From Spirochaetia bacterium (GTDB lineage Bacteria > Spirochaetota > Spirochaetia > CADAEX01): a stretch of 64,000 bases of DNA. Below the pieces are notes generated by a model. That model had not been told where the DNA came from. It was given only the letters and a program-made list of their open reading frames with translations, and ran no database searches. Positions 20,049 to 29,628 of this stretch are shown here, piece after piece. Location of the stretch: assembly GCA_963662795.1 (NCBI GenBank), contig OY759746.1:3072001-3136000 (forward strand), given 5' to 3'. The position numbers and the translations under genes were made by a program. Numbering within the stretch: the first letter of the stretch is position 1; each line of letters opens with the position of its first letter.

Positions 20049-21422
20049 TTGTTATCAGAAATTGCTGTAAAATATGAACCTGCTTTCGCAGATCAGTTTA
20101 TACAGTTCCCGGTTAAAAACAAATCCCAGGATAATTCTGCATTTGAAAAATTGTTTGCTGAAAAGGAAGCTGCTGCAGATCAAAACAGAAAAACAGATTC
20201 AAGGAAAAATAATGATAAGATTTCAAGTGGAGAAAATGATTTAAATAAAGATAAAAAAAACGGCGTCTCAGGCGAAACAGGAAAAGAAGGAAAAACCGGG
20301 GCAGCGGCAAAAGAAATAAAAGCTGCAGACGGAGATTCCGGAAAAACATCTGATGCAAAAGCGGCTGAAATAAAAAACACTGAAAAAAAACCTGTAAAAA
20401 AAACCGGGGATAAAGAAAATCAGAAAGTAACAGAAAAAAACACCGCTGGAACTGATGCTGCCTTGGGCGGCAATGCTTCAGTCAGCAATACCGCAGCCGG
20501 AATTGCCGGAAGTCTTGTCCCTCAGAATTCCATAAACAACAGTAAAGACGTTTTAAGTGAAAATACCGGAAACGATGGACAAAAGTCTGAAGGTACAGCG
20601 GCTTCAATAACGGAAATATCTAAAAAGATTTACGGGAAAGCAGAGCTTCTCTCGTCTTTGGGGATTAAACCTGAAAGCACTACAGAAATGATTGCGCGTA
20701 ACATTAAGGGTAAATCAGCAGCAAAGGAAGAGAAATCCGAAGGTAAAAATTCCAGGATCAATAAAAAAGAAAAGAAAGAACTATTTGATGTACTTGATCT
20801 CAGGAAGGGAGTAAAGGAAAAAACAGCTGCAGAAAAAAGCGAAGCAGGTATTCAGAAAGAAGATAACGGCTTTGATAAAAAGTTTTCGAATAACAGCGAC
20901 AGCAGCATAAGGAATCTTCAGGATGGATCAATAAAGGATTTATCACAGTCTGCGGTAAAAATGAATGAGGGCTTTTCAGCCGCAAAAGGGGCGCCTTCCT
21001 TTCAGAATCAGCTGCTTGAAAGCCTTAGGGAATCCGGAAATACAGATATTGTAAAAAACGCAAAACTTATTCTCAAAGACAATAATTCCGGAGAAATTAA
21101 ACTGCTGATGAAACCGGAGCATCTCGGATATGTGAGAATTAAACTTACTGTTGAAGATAACAATATAGCAGGGAAGATAATTGTCGATAATATTAATGTA
21201 AAGGAATTGTTTGAAAGCAATATCGATAATCTGATAAAGAGCTTCAAGGACAGCGGCTACTCATCAGCAATGCTTGATGTTTCAGTAGGCGGTGGAAATG
21301 AAGGAAAAACTCCTTCGGAAAATGACAGGGCGCTGGCCAGGAAAGAGTTTGAAAAAATTGAGGAACATACGGTAAGACGGCCGGGGATTCCTGAAGAAAG
21401 ACTGATAGATATGGTTGTCTGA
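20049..21422 (+). CDS. fliK: Hook-length control protein FliK
   Basis: Long low-complexity K/E/N/S N-terminus. C-terminal T3S4 domain GEIKLLMKPEHLGYVRIKL. Confidence 0.9.
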   Translation: MLSEIAVKYEPAFADQFIQFPVKNKSQDNSAFEKLFAEKEAAADQNRKTDSRKNNDKISSGENDLNKDKKNGVSGETGKEGKTGAAAKEIKAADGDSGKTSDAKAAEIKNTEKKPVKKTGDKENQKVTEKNTAGTDAALGGNASVSNTAAGIAGSLVPQNSINNSKDVLSENTGNDGQKSEGTAASITEISKKIYGKAELLSSLGIKPESTTEMIARNIKGKSAAKEEKSEGKNSRINKKEKKELFDVLDLRKGVKEKTAAEKSEAGIQKEDNGFDKKFSNNSDSSIRNLQDGSIKDLSQSAVKMNEGFSAAKGAPSFQNQLLESLRESGNTDIVKNAKLILKDNNSGEIKLLMKPEHLGYVRIKLTVEDNNIAGKIIVDNINVKELFESNIDNLIKSFKDSGYSSAMLDVSVGGGNEGKTPSENDRALARKEFEKIEEHTVRRPGIPEERLIDMVV

Positions 21423-21435
21423 CCGGGAGGTAAAT

Positions 21436-21867
21436 GTGGATATAAGCAATGTTATGACTGATATTGAAAAAAGCAGAACACAGATGCAGGTTGAGAGTTT
21501 CAATAAAACGCTCGGCTCACAGAGAACATACAAGAGTGAACTTGATAAAGATGATTTTCTTAAAATCCTCCTTACCCAGCTTACTCATCAGGATCCTACC
21601 AAACCAATGGAGGATAAAGAGTTTATAGCCCAGATGGCCCAGTTTTCTTCCCTTGAACAGATGACAAATATGACCAGGGAATTCGGTAAAATGCAGAATA
21701 TTATTGCTGCCAATCAGGCGGTTAATCTTATAGGTAAAAATGTACAGATAACAGATGGAGACCAGGTTGTCTCAGGTATAGTGGAAGAGGTCGCGGGTCA
21801 TGAATATCCGCAGCTTCTTGTAAACGGAAAATATTACGATATGTCTAAGATAGATAAAATCAGGTAG
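21436..21867 (+). CDS. flgD: Hook capping protein FlgD
   Basis: Motif LDKDDFLKILLTQLTHQDPTKPM...AQMAQFSSLEQM. GTG at 21436 follows GGGAGG (ORF track starts at 21415). Confidence 0.96.
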   Translation: MDISNVMTDIEKSRTQMQVESFNKTLGSQRTYKSELDKDDFLKILLTQLTHQDPTKPMEDKEFIAQMAQFSSLEQMTNMTREFGKMQNIIAANQAVNLIGKNVQITDGDQVVSGIVEEVAGHEYPQLLVNGKYYDMSKIDKIR

Positions 21868-21878
21868 GGGGCAGTTAT

Positions 21879-23267
21879 ATGATGAGGTCATTATACGCAG
21901 GTGTTGCGGGTTTACAGAATCATCAGGTAAGGATGGATGTAATCGGTAACAATATTGCGAACGTTAATACGATTGGTTTTAAAAAAGGCAGGGTAAACTT
22001 TCAGGATATGCTGTCCCAGACTATGCAGGGCGCAGCCCGGCCGACAGATGAACTTGGAGGCGTGAACCCGAAACAGATAGGCCTGGGAATGACAGTCGCT
22101 GCCATTGATACAATCCATACACAGGGATCGCTTCAGAGCACCGGCGTCTCAACAGACCTTGCGCTGCAGGGAAGCGGATTTTTTATACTCAAAAACGGTG
22201 AAAAAGAATTTTATACAAGGGCCGGGGCATTCGGTATTGATGAGAACGGAACATTTATAAACCCTGCCAACGGAATGAAGGTACAGGGATGGATGGCAGA
22301 AATTATAGACGGAGCAACGTATGTTAACTCTGCGGCAGACCCCGGGGATATTACCATCCCTGTCGGTGGAAAAGATGCTGCGGCAGCTACATCCGAAGTA
22401 ATGCTTGCGTGCAACCTTGACAAGAGGCTTCTTGAAATACCGGAAGGAGCCGGCCCTGCTGAAACAAGGGAAGGCACCTGGAGTATCGATAAGACTATCT
22501 ATGACAGCTTTGGAAACAAGCATACAATGAGCATAGATTTTACAAAGGTAGTAGGAGAGGCCAACAGATGGCAGGGCCAGGTTTTTATAGACCGCGGCGC
22601 TGAAACAGACACGGCCACCACGCTTGATATCGGTGCTGTAAATAACGAAAATAATTTATTTACAGTTGAATTCAGCAACCTCGGCCTTTTGACATCAGTC
22701 GAGGATCAGCAGGGCGATGTTTTAAACGAAGGTAAGCTTCAGTTACCGGTATCATTCAATGTTGCAGATGCCACAGTTCCTGAAGGCGGAGAACCTGTAA
22801 GACAAACTTTCAATCTGACACTCGGAGATGTAGGAAGCGCAGTCAATACTGTGACACAGTTTGCTGAAAAAAGTTCTACAAAGGCATTCAGACAGAATGG
22901 TTATCCAATGGGTTATCTTGAAAATTTCAAAATAGATCAAAGCGGTTTCATAACCGGCGTTTACTCAAACGGAACCAACAGGACTATTGGTCAGATTGCG
23001 CTTGCAAGCTTTGTAAATCCTGGCGGTATGGAAAAAGCCGGGGACAGCACATATGTAAGGACAAATAACTCAGGAGACGCGAATATTGGAACATCAGGAG
23101 TTGCGGGCAAGGGGCAGTTTATTGCAGGAACACTGGAAATGAGCAATGTAGATCTTTCCGAACAGTTTACTGATATGATAGTAACCCAGAGAGGGTTTCA
23201 GGCAAACTCAAAGACAATACAGACAACTGACCAGATGCTTCAGGAATTAATGACGCTTAAGAGGTAA
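21879..23267 (+). CDS. flgE: Flagellar hook protein FlgE
   Basis: Motifs GNNIANVNT, YTRAG and LEMSNVDLSEQFTDMIVTQRGFQANSK. Confidence 0.98.
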   Translation: MMRSLYAGVAGLQNHQVRMDVIGNNIANVNTIGFKKGRVNFQDMLSQTMQGAARPTDELGGVNPKQIGLGMTVAAIDTIHTQGSLQSTGVSTDLALQGSGFFILKNGEKEFYTRAGAFGIDENGTFINPANGMKVQGWMAEIIDGATYVNSAADPGDITIPVGGKDAAAATSEVMLACNLDKRLLEIPEGAGPAETREGTWSIDKTIYDSFGNKHTMSIDFTKVVGEANRWQGQVFIDRGAETDTATTLDIGAVNNENNLFTVEFSNLGLLTSVEDQQGDVLNEGKLQLPVSFNVADATVPEGGEPVRQTFNLTLGDVGSAVNTVTQFAEKSSTKAFRQNGYPMGYLENFKIDQSGFITGVYSNGTNRTIGQIALASFVNPGGMEKAGDSTYVRTNNSGDANIGTSGVAGKGQFIAGTLEMSNVDLSEQFTDMIVTQRGFQANSKTIQTTDQMLQELMTLKR

Positions 23268-23300
23268 TTAAACAGTAATGAATAGTAAAGGGTTAGGCAT

Positions 23301-23498
23301 GTGATAAAAGTTACGAAACTGAATGGTGATGAATATTATCTGAATCCTCACCAGATTGAATATATCGAGCTTAACCCCGATACAACACTTGTAATGCTTT
23401 CAGGCAAGAGGCTGATAGTCCGCGAGGATTATCAGTCTGTTTTTGACAGGATTATAAAATACAGGCAGCTTATCGGCTGTTTCAGGAACGAGGAGTAA
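23301..23498 (+). CDS. flbD: Flagellar protein FlbD (SwrD family)
   Basis: 65 aa, MIKVTKLNG...LNPHQIEYIELNPDTTLVMLSG; sits between flgE and motA. Confidence 0.92.
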   Translation: MIKVTKLNGDEYYLNPHQIEYIELNPDTTLVMLSGKRLIVREDYQSVFDRIIKYRQLIGCFRNEE

Positions 23499-23504
23499 TC
23501 GTTT

Positions 23505-24290
23505 ATGGATATAGGAACAATAGGCGGAATAATCGGCGGTTTTGTCCTCATTATCGGTTCAATGTTTGCAAGCGGCGCATCTCTGGGCCTATATATAGAT
23601 CCGGCTTCTGCGATAATGGTTATTGGCGGTTCTTACTGTGCACTCATGGTTGCCAATCCCATGCAGAGAGTTCTAGGTATCATGAAATACGCAAAGCATG
23701 CGCTTTATCTCAAAAACTATGAACGGGAAAAGCTTATTTCTACACTGGTAAGTTTTTCGGAACAGGCCAGACGGGAAGGGCTCCTTGCTCTTGAAGACGG
23801 TCTTGACGAACTTGAAGATAAATTCCTTGAAAAAGGATTAAGGCTTGTTGTTGACGGGACTGACCCCTCCCTGATTAAAAGCGTACTTTACAATGAATTG
23901 AATCAGATTGAAGAGCGCCATAATTGCGGAATAAAAGTATTTGATGACTGGGGGAAGTTTGCCCCTACTTTCGGAATGATCGGTACACTGCAGGGTCTTA
24001 TCGCGATGATGGCGAGTCTCGGTGATCAGTCTGCTGTTGGTAAAGGTATGGCACTCGCGCTTATTACAACATTCTACGGTGCTATATTTGCCAACCTTAT
24101 TCTTATCCCGATCAAGAGTAAACTTGAAGACAGACATAAAGATGAAATAATGGTCAAGGAAATAATGGTTGAAGGAGTTCTTTCTATCCAGTCAGGTGAT
24201 AACCCGAGAATGGTGGAAGAAAAACTTCTTGCGTTCCTTTCTCCGGTAGAAAGGGAAATGGTAAAGGCTGAGTCGTCCTCAGGTGAATAG
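23505..24290 (+). CDS. motA: Stator A subunit MotA/PomA
   Basis: Motifs ARREGLLALE, APTFGMIGTL, ALITTFYG and SIQSGDNPR. Confidence 0.96.
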   Translation: MDIGTIGGIIGGFVLIIGSMFASGASLGLYIDPASAIMVIGGSYCALMVANPMQRVLGIMKYAKHALYLKNYEREKLISTLVSFSEQARREGLLALEDGLDELEDKFLEKGLRLVVDGTDPSLIKSVLYNELNQIEERHNCGIKVFDDWGKFAPTFGMIGTLQGLIAMMASLGDQSAVGKGMALALITTFYGAIFANLILIPIKSKLEDRHKDEIMVKEIMVEGVLSIQSGDNPRMVEEKLLAFLSPVEREMVKAESSSGE

Positions 24291-24299
24291 GAGGGATTA

Positions 24300-25031
24300 A
24301 TGGCGAGAGACAGGAAGAAAAAATGCCCTCCCGAAGGAGCGCCGGACTGGATGGTAACATTCAGCGACATGACGACACTTCTTCTTACTTTCTTCGTTAT
24401 GATGTTTACTACAGCAACTGTAGACGGATCAGATATAAGGCTGATCCTTTCTGCATTCCAGGGACTCGGCGCGCTTTCGGGAGGAAATACTCTTGACGCT
24501 GAAGGCAAACTTGCAGAGCTTGGAAACAATATAATGGCAATGCCGTCAAGACAGGCAGGGAAATCGCTTGACAGGGCGCGAAAGCTTGCTGTTGCGCTTC
24601 TCCAGCCTGAACTCAAAAGTAAAATGGTCAGGATAACAGAGGATGAAAGGGGAGTAGTAATCTCGCTTTCGGCAGATGCCTTTTTCCGTCCGGCCTCGGC
24701 AGAACTTAATATAGATGAGGCAAGAAACACTATCCAGAATATATCGAATCTGATGAAAGCAGACGAAATGAAGGGACGGAAATTCAGGATAGAGGGACAT
24801 ACAGACAGCACTCCTACAGATGAAAACGGAGAATGGAAAAGCAATTGGGAGCTTTCAACCGCGCGGGCTACCTCGATAATTCACTATCTGAAGGATTTTA
24901 ATGTTGATGAAAAAAAACTGCAGGCTGCAGGATTTTCTGATACTGTACCAATGGCGACAAATGATACAGAGGAAGGAAGGGCTTATAACAGGAGGGTTGA
25001 TATAATTATCCTGAGCGATGCTCATTTATGA
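24300..25031 (+). CDS. motB: Stator B subunit MotB/PomB
   Basis: TM WMVTFSDMTTLLL; OmpA-like domain (EGHTD, NWELSTARA, NRRVDI). Confidence 0.96.
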   Translation: MARDRKKKCPPEGAPDWMVTFSDMTTLLLTFFVMMFTTATVDGSDIRLILSAFQGLGALSGGNTLDAEGKLAELGNNIMAMPSRQAGKSLDRARKLAVALLQPELKSKMVRITEDERGVVISLSADAFFRPASAELNIDEARNTIQNISNLMKADEMKGRKFRIEGHTDSTPTDENGEWKSNWELSTARATSIIHYLKDFNVDEKKLQAAGFSDTVPMATNDTEEGRAYNRRVDIIILSDAHL

Positions 25032-25051
25032 CAGAGGCAATAATAAAATGT

Positions 25052-25080
25052 TTGCAAATATTGGATATTTTTGATAAAAT
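25052..25080 (+). promoter_or_regulatory. Internal sigma-70 promoter upstream of fliL
   Basis: TTGCAA (25052-57), 17-bp spacer, TAAAAT (25075-80), with an extended TG at 25072-73. Confidence 0.65.
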
Positions 25081-25106
25081 TCTAAAAATAGATCAGGAGT
25101 AGAAAA

Positions 25107-25679
25107 ATGCCTGAAGATTATGATCTGGATCTTGAAAATTCCGGTGCAGTTACAGAAGAAGATGAAATAGGGAAGAAAAAAATTGGATTTCTTCCTGCAA
25201 TAGTAATAAAAATACTCAAATGGGTAGCTATAGTGCTTGCGGCAGTTGTTTTTATAGTTACTGTTGTTGTTGTTACCATAAAAATAATGAATCCTGTTTC
25301 ACAGGCACCTGATTATTATTTTGAAACTGAGGAGCTGCGTAATACGCAGCCGAATCTCCAGTGGTATGATATAGGAACGAGTGATATCAGGGCCAGGACC
25401 GCAGATATTGAAAAAAAGATAATTGTTATAATTAAGGTTTCTGTAGGGTTTAATGAAAAATCAAAGTACCTGCATCAGGAACTGATTGATAAGACACCGA
25501 AATTAAGAGACGAGATACGGGTTTTCTTCGGTGAAAAACATGAAGTAGATCTGCTTCCTAAAAATGAGGGGAAAATAAAGGAAGAGCTGAAAATAAGGAT
25601 AAACAGAATGCTGAGCAGCAAGGGCAGCGACAGTGTTCAGGATGTTATTTTCACTGAATTCAACATGGTTGAATTTTAA
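25107..25679 (+). CDS. fliL: Flagellar basal body-associated protein FliL
   Basis: Single TM; LRDEIRVFF...KEELKIRINRML...VIFTEF; sits between motB and fliM. Confidence 0.9.
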   Translation: MPEDYDLDLENSGAVTEEDEIGKKKIGFLPAIVIKILKWVAIVLAAVVFIVTVVVVTIKIMNPVSQAPDYYFETEELRNTQPNLQWYDIGTSDIRARTADIEKKIIVIIKVSVGFNEKSKYLHQELIDKTPKLRDEIRVFFGEKHEVDLLPKNEGKIKEELKIRINRMLSSKGSDSVQDVIFTEFNMVEF

Positions 25680-25706
25680 TTATGAGGGGTAATCCGGTTA
25701 ACAAGT

Positions 25707-26738
25707 ATGACTGATATATTATCGCAGAATGAAATTGATCAGTTACTCACAGCATTTACAACTGGTGATGTTGAATCTGAAGAGGTTACTCATGTAAATG
25801 ATCAGCGGAAAATCAAAATCTATGATTTCAAGCGGCCTGACAAGTTTTCAAAAGAGCAGATCCGTACCGTATCAATAATGCATGAAACCTTTGCGAGACT
25901 TACTACAACATCCCTTTCCGCTCAGCTGAGAAGTCTGATCCATGTTCATGTTGCCTCAGTTGACCAGCTTACCTATGAAGAGTTTATCCGGTCCATTCCC
26001 AATCAGACAACAATTGCTGTCATAAATATGGATCCCCTAAAAGGTTCCGCAATCCTTGAAATTGATCCGTCTGTAACGTTTTCAATTATTGAGAGGTTAT
26101 TCGGCGGACAGGGTGAAGGAACCAAAATAAACAGGGAACTTTCAGATATTGAACAGTCTGTAATGGAAGGGGTTATTGTAAGAATTCTCGGCAACATGAG
26201 GGAAGCCTGGAGCCAGGTTGTTGACCTCCGTCCCCGTCTGGGGCAGATTGAAACAAATCCCCAGTTTGCCCAGATTGTTCCACCGACAGAAATGGTTGTC
26301 CTTGTAACACTTGAAACCAAAGTAGGAGAGGTAGAGGGTATGATGAATTTCTGTATCCCTTACCTTACGATAGAACCTATCATTTCCAAACTTTCCGCAC
26401 AGTACTGGTATTCCTCTGTAAGAAGAGGCACAACAACTGAAAACCTTAATATCCTGAGGGAAAGGCTTTCAACTGTTGATGTGGATGTTGTAGCGGAAAT
26501 CGGCAGGATAAACATATCAGTTCGTGAGGCCCTGGCCCTTTCTGTCGGCGATGTTATACGCCTGCAAAATGTGAGAATTAAAGACGACATGAAGCTGAAG
26601 CTGGGAAACAGGCCCAAGTTTCTCTGCAGACCTGGAATGGTCGGCAATAAAGTTGCAGTACAGATTACAAAAAAACTCGAAGATTTCAGTAAAGAAGAGT
26701 TTGAAGAATTAACTGCTGAAGGAGAAGAGCATGAGTGA
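25707..26738 (+). CDS. fliM: Motor switch protein FliM
   Basis: CheY-binding peptide LSQNEIDQLL, YDFKRPDKFSKEQIR, and a C-terminal SpoA domain. Confidence 0.98.
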   Translation: MTDILSQNEIDQLLTAFTTGDVESEEVTHVNDQRKIKIYDFKRPDKFSKEQIRTVSIMHETFARLTTTSLSAQLRSLIHVHVASVDQLTYEEFIRSIPNQTTIAVINMDPLKGSAILEIDPSVTFSIIERLFGGQGEGTKINRELSDIEQSVMEGVIVRILGNMREAWSQVVDLRPRLGQIETNPQFAQIVPPTEMVVLVTLETKVGEVEGMMNFCIPYLTIEPIISKLSAQYWYSSVRRGTTTENLNILRERLSTVDVDVVAEIGRINISVREALALSVGDVIRLQNVRIKDDMKLKLGNRPKFLCRPGMVGNKVAVQITKKLEDFSKEEFEELTAEGEEHE

Positions 26739-27885
26739 CGGCGCATTATCTCAGGATGAAATTGATGCATTGATGAGCGGCAGTTCGACAGGCGGTTTTG
26801 ATTTCGGCGGGGGCGCCGGCTCAGGCGGAAGCGACGGCCTGCAGGAAAACGAAAAACAGGCTTTTCAGGCAATTATAAATACACTTGTAGATGCACAGAG
26901 TGCTACGCTGGCAGGTATGATGGGTAAAACAGTTACAATATCGCCGCCATCGATAGAAATTGTCGACGGAGAATCTATTCCTGCACTTTTTGATGAAAAT
27001 TTTGTCCGTGTCAACGCTGCATTTACTGAAGGAGTTACAGGATATCATTCTTACCTTTTAACTCCTGATACTGCAAAAGCCATCGCGGCCCTTTTGACAG
27101 GTCTTGACCAGGTAGAACTGGATGATGCTTCCCTTTCTGCAATCAGCGAAGCGATTAACACGATCAGCGGCGCTGCTGTCACCGCATTCGGAGATAAAAT
27201 CAACTCTACAATAATGACAGAACCGGCTTCCGCTGAACTTCTTGACAGCTCAGGTTCAGATATTCCTTCCGGAAATATAGTAAAACTTAATTATCCGATA
27301 GCGATAGAGGGTTATCCTCAGGCAATCTTTAATGAACTTTTTGAAATCCAGACGGTTAAAACACTTGCTGCACAGGAAGCTGCTTCCGGCGGCGAAGAAG
27401 ACATTTTTGCCGGAATGGGCCAGAGTACCGGAATGAATACAGGCAAGGGTGCGGCAAATCGTAACCAGCCTTCCGGAGGAATGAACGACGGGTATACAGG
27501 ACAGCAGCAGGGCGGATTTGGAGCGCAGGGAGGTATGGGCGCAGGTATGGGGCAAAAACAGGGTTTTGTTAATATTCAGAATGTGCAGTATCCTTCATTG
27601 ACTTCAGGACATTCAGGCGGCGAACAGGGTAATATAAGCCTCCTGATGGATGTAAACATGGAAATGACGGTTGAACTTGGAAGAACCAAAAAACCGATAC
27701 GTGAAATACTGAGTATGGGAGAAGGTACTATAATTGAGCTTGATAAACTCGCAGGTGAACCGGTCGATATTCTTGTTAATCATAAACTGATCGCTAACGG
27801 AGAGGTTGTTGTTATCGATGAAAACTTCGGTGTCAGGGTTACCAAGATAGTATCAAATACAGCGGGAATAAGCGAAATGACATAG
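26731..27885 (+). CDS. fliY: Motor switch protein FliY (CheC-like domain plus FliN domain)
   Basis: LSQDEIDALM peptide, CheC-like middle domain (SEAIN), and FliN domain VELGRT...LAGEPVDILVN...GEVVVIDENFGVRV. Confidence 0.92.
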   Translation: MSDGALSQDEIDALMSGSSTGGFDFGGGAGSGGSDGLQENEKQAFQAIINTLVDAQSATLAGMMGKTVTISPPSIEIVDGESIPALFDENFVRVNAAFTEGVTGYHSYLLTPDTAKAIAALLTGLDQVELDDASLSAISEAINTISGAAVTAFGDKINSTIMTEPASAELLDSSGSDIPSGNIVKLNYPIAIEGYPQAIFNELFEIQTVKTLAAQEAASGGEEDIFAGMGQSTGMNTGKGAANRNQPSGGMNDGYTGQQQGGFGAQGGMGAGMGQKQGFVNIQNVQYPSLTSGHSGGEQGNISLLMDVNMEMTVELGRTKKPIREILSMGEGTIIELDKLAGEPVDILVNHKLIANGEVVVIDENFGVRVTKIVSNTAGISEMT

Positions 27886-27909
27886 TCAGTCATAATCCGG
27901 GGAGGGGGG

Positions 27910-28509
27910 ATGACATTTAAAAAATATTTCTTTCTTGTTTTAATTATTTCAGCAGTTATAAATAATCCTCTATTTTCACAGACAGCGGATAATGTCCCTG
28001 CGCCAGTGAAGGAGCAGGATTTGAAAATTGAAGATCAGGGTGAAAATACAGCAGCTGCAAATCAGACATTGCAGGAAAATGACAGAACTCTCGGGGTTTT
28101 TACATTCTGGGATTTTGCGCGAATGGTGTTAATTCTGATTTTTGTTATTATCTGTATTTACGGTCTCTTCTTTCTTCTTAAAAAAGCAGGTTCTCAAAAA
28201 TTTGAAGAGAATGATATTATCAATATTCTCTCAAGCAAGGGACTGACAGCCAGCAAATCTCTGCACGTAGTTGAAATCGGAAATCAGATTGTAGTAATAG
28301 GGGCATCGGATGATGCTCTTACATTAATCACTGAAATTACAGACAAGGAAACAATTGACAGGATAAGGCTTAATAAAGGGGAGACAAAAAAGCCGTCTGA
28401 AAACAGTTTCTACAGCTATCTGGTTGGTACGTTTATGAAAGGGAAGAAACAGGGAGATTTTTCTTCTGAATTTCTTAAAAACCAGAAAGAAAGGATTAAG
28501 AAAATGTAG
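27910..28509 (+). CDS. fliO: Flagellar biogenesis protein FliO/FliZ
   Basis: Signal peptide plus TM, then KSLHVVEIGNQIVVIGASD; lies upstream of fliP. Confidence 0.88.
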   Translation: MTFKKYFFLVLIISAVINNPLFSQTADNVPAPVKEQDLKIEDQGENTAAANQTLQENDRTLGVFTFWDFARMVLILIFVIICIYGLFFLLKKAGSQKFEENDIINILSSKGLTASKSLHVVEIGNQIVVIGASDDALTLITEITDKETIDRIRLNKGETKKPSENSFYSYLVGTFMKGKKQGDFSSEFLKNQKERIKKM

Positions 28510-28553
28510 ATTGCCTGAAACTTGATTCAAGTTATTTGTTTTTTGGGGGGGGA

Positions 28554-29345
28554 ATGAATAAAAAATATTTACTGATTTTTTTCTTGTTATTTCTTACAAC
28601 ATCACAGGTCTTTTCACAGCAGGCTCCGACTCTGCAGCGGCAGAGGAATACGGGATCTCCTTTGACAATACCGTTTGTGGACATCACTGTAAGGCAGCCG
28701 GAATCAAACAAGGAAGTTGCCCTTTCGATACAGCTGCTTGTTCTCCTTTCCATAATTGCCCTTTCTCCGTCCATAATCCTGCTGATGACCTCCTTTCTCA
28801 GAATATCAATAGTTTTTGATTTTATAAAAAGGGCACTGTCCCTTCAGCAGGTCCCTCCAAACCAGGTCCTGCTGGGGATAGCACTGTTTCTTACTCTGTT
28901 TATAATGTGGCCGACTTTTAATACAATTTATGAAAGCTCTTTCAAGCCGTATTCTGAAGGTGCAATATCCACAGAAGAGATGTACAGAGCGGCTGAAGGC
29001 CCTTTAAGGTTATTCATGTATAACCAGATGAAGGGAAACCCTGAAAATATAAGGCTTTTCATGAAGCTGCGGGGACTTGCGAAACCGGATAATCTCGCTG
29101 ATGTTCCCACATATGTTCTTATCCCGGCTTTTGTCTTAAGTGAATTGACTATTGCTTTCAAGATAGGAATACTGCTTTTTATTCCTTTTATTATAATTGA
29201 CATGGTAGTCGCATCGACCCTTATGTCAATGGGTATGATCATGCTTCCTCCTGTTATGATTTCCATGCCTTTTAAACTGATTTTATTCGTGCTTGTAGAC
29301 GGCTGGAGTCTGATAACGGCACAGCTTGTTGGCAGTTTCGGATAA
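28554..29345 (+). CDS. fliP: Export gate protein FliP
   Basis: Motifs MTSFLRI, PPNQVL, LIPAFVLSEL and MLPPVMISMPFKLILFVLVDGW. ATG at 28554 follows a G8 tract. Confidence 0.97.
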   Translation: MNKKYLLIFFLLFLTTSQVFSQQAPTLQRQRNTGSPLTIPFVDITVRQPESNKEVALSIQLLVLLSIIALSPSIILLMTSFLRISIVFDFIKRALSLQQVPPNQVLLGIALFLTLFIMWPTFNTIYESSFKPYSEGAISTEEMYRAAEGPLRLFMYNQMKGNPENIRLFMKLRGLAKPDNLADVPTYVLIPAFVLSELTIAFKIGILLFIPFIIIDMVVASTLMSMGMIMLPPVMISMPFKLILFVLVDGWSLITAQLVGSFG

Positions 29346-29358
29346 GAGGGGTATTTAA

Positions 29359-29628
29359 ATGGATATGGGACTGGTTATTTATATTTTCAGAAACTCAATT
29401 ATGCAACTTATCATTTTGTCGCTTCCGGTTCTGCTTATAGGTATGCTGGTAGGTCTTGTCATTTCTGTTATTCAGGCAACAACCTCGCTTCAGGAACAGA
29501 CCCTTACCTTTGTACCTAAAATTATTGCTATTCTTATGACAATTATATTTTTAGGCCCATGGATGCTCACTTCCATGCAGGAGTTTACGATGAAAATCAT
29601 TTTAATGATTCCGCAGATGGTGAAATAG
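29359..29628 (+). CDS. fliQ: Export gate protein FliQ
   Basis: Motif QATTSLQEQTLTFVPK...GPWM. Confidence 0.97.
   Translation: MDMGLVIYIFRNSIMQLIILSLPVLLIGMLVGLVISVIQATTSLQEQTLTFVPKIIAILMTIIFLGPWMLTSMQEFTMKIILMIPQMVK

Noticed and set aside
20100-20900. A-rich low-complexity stretch suggesting a degenerate gene or frameshift
   Set aside because: The frame stays open, and this is the normal disordered FliK ruler region.
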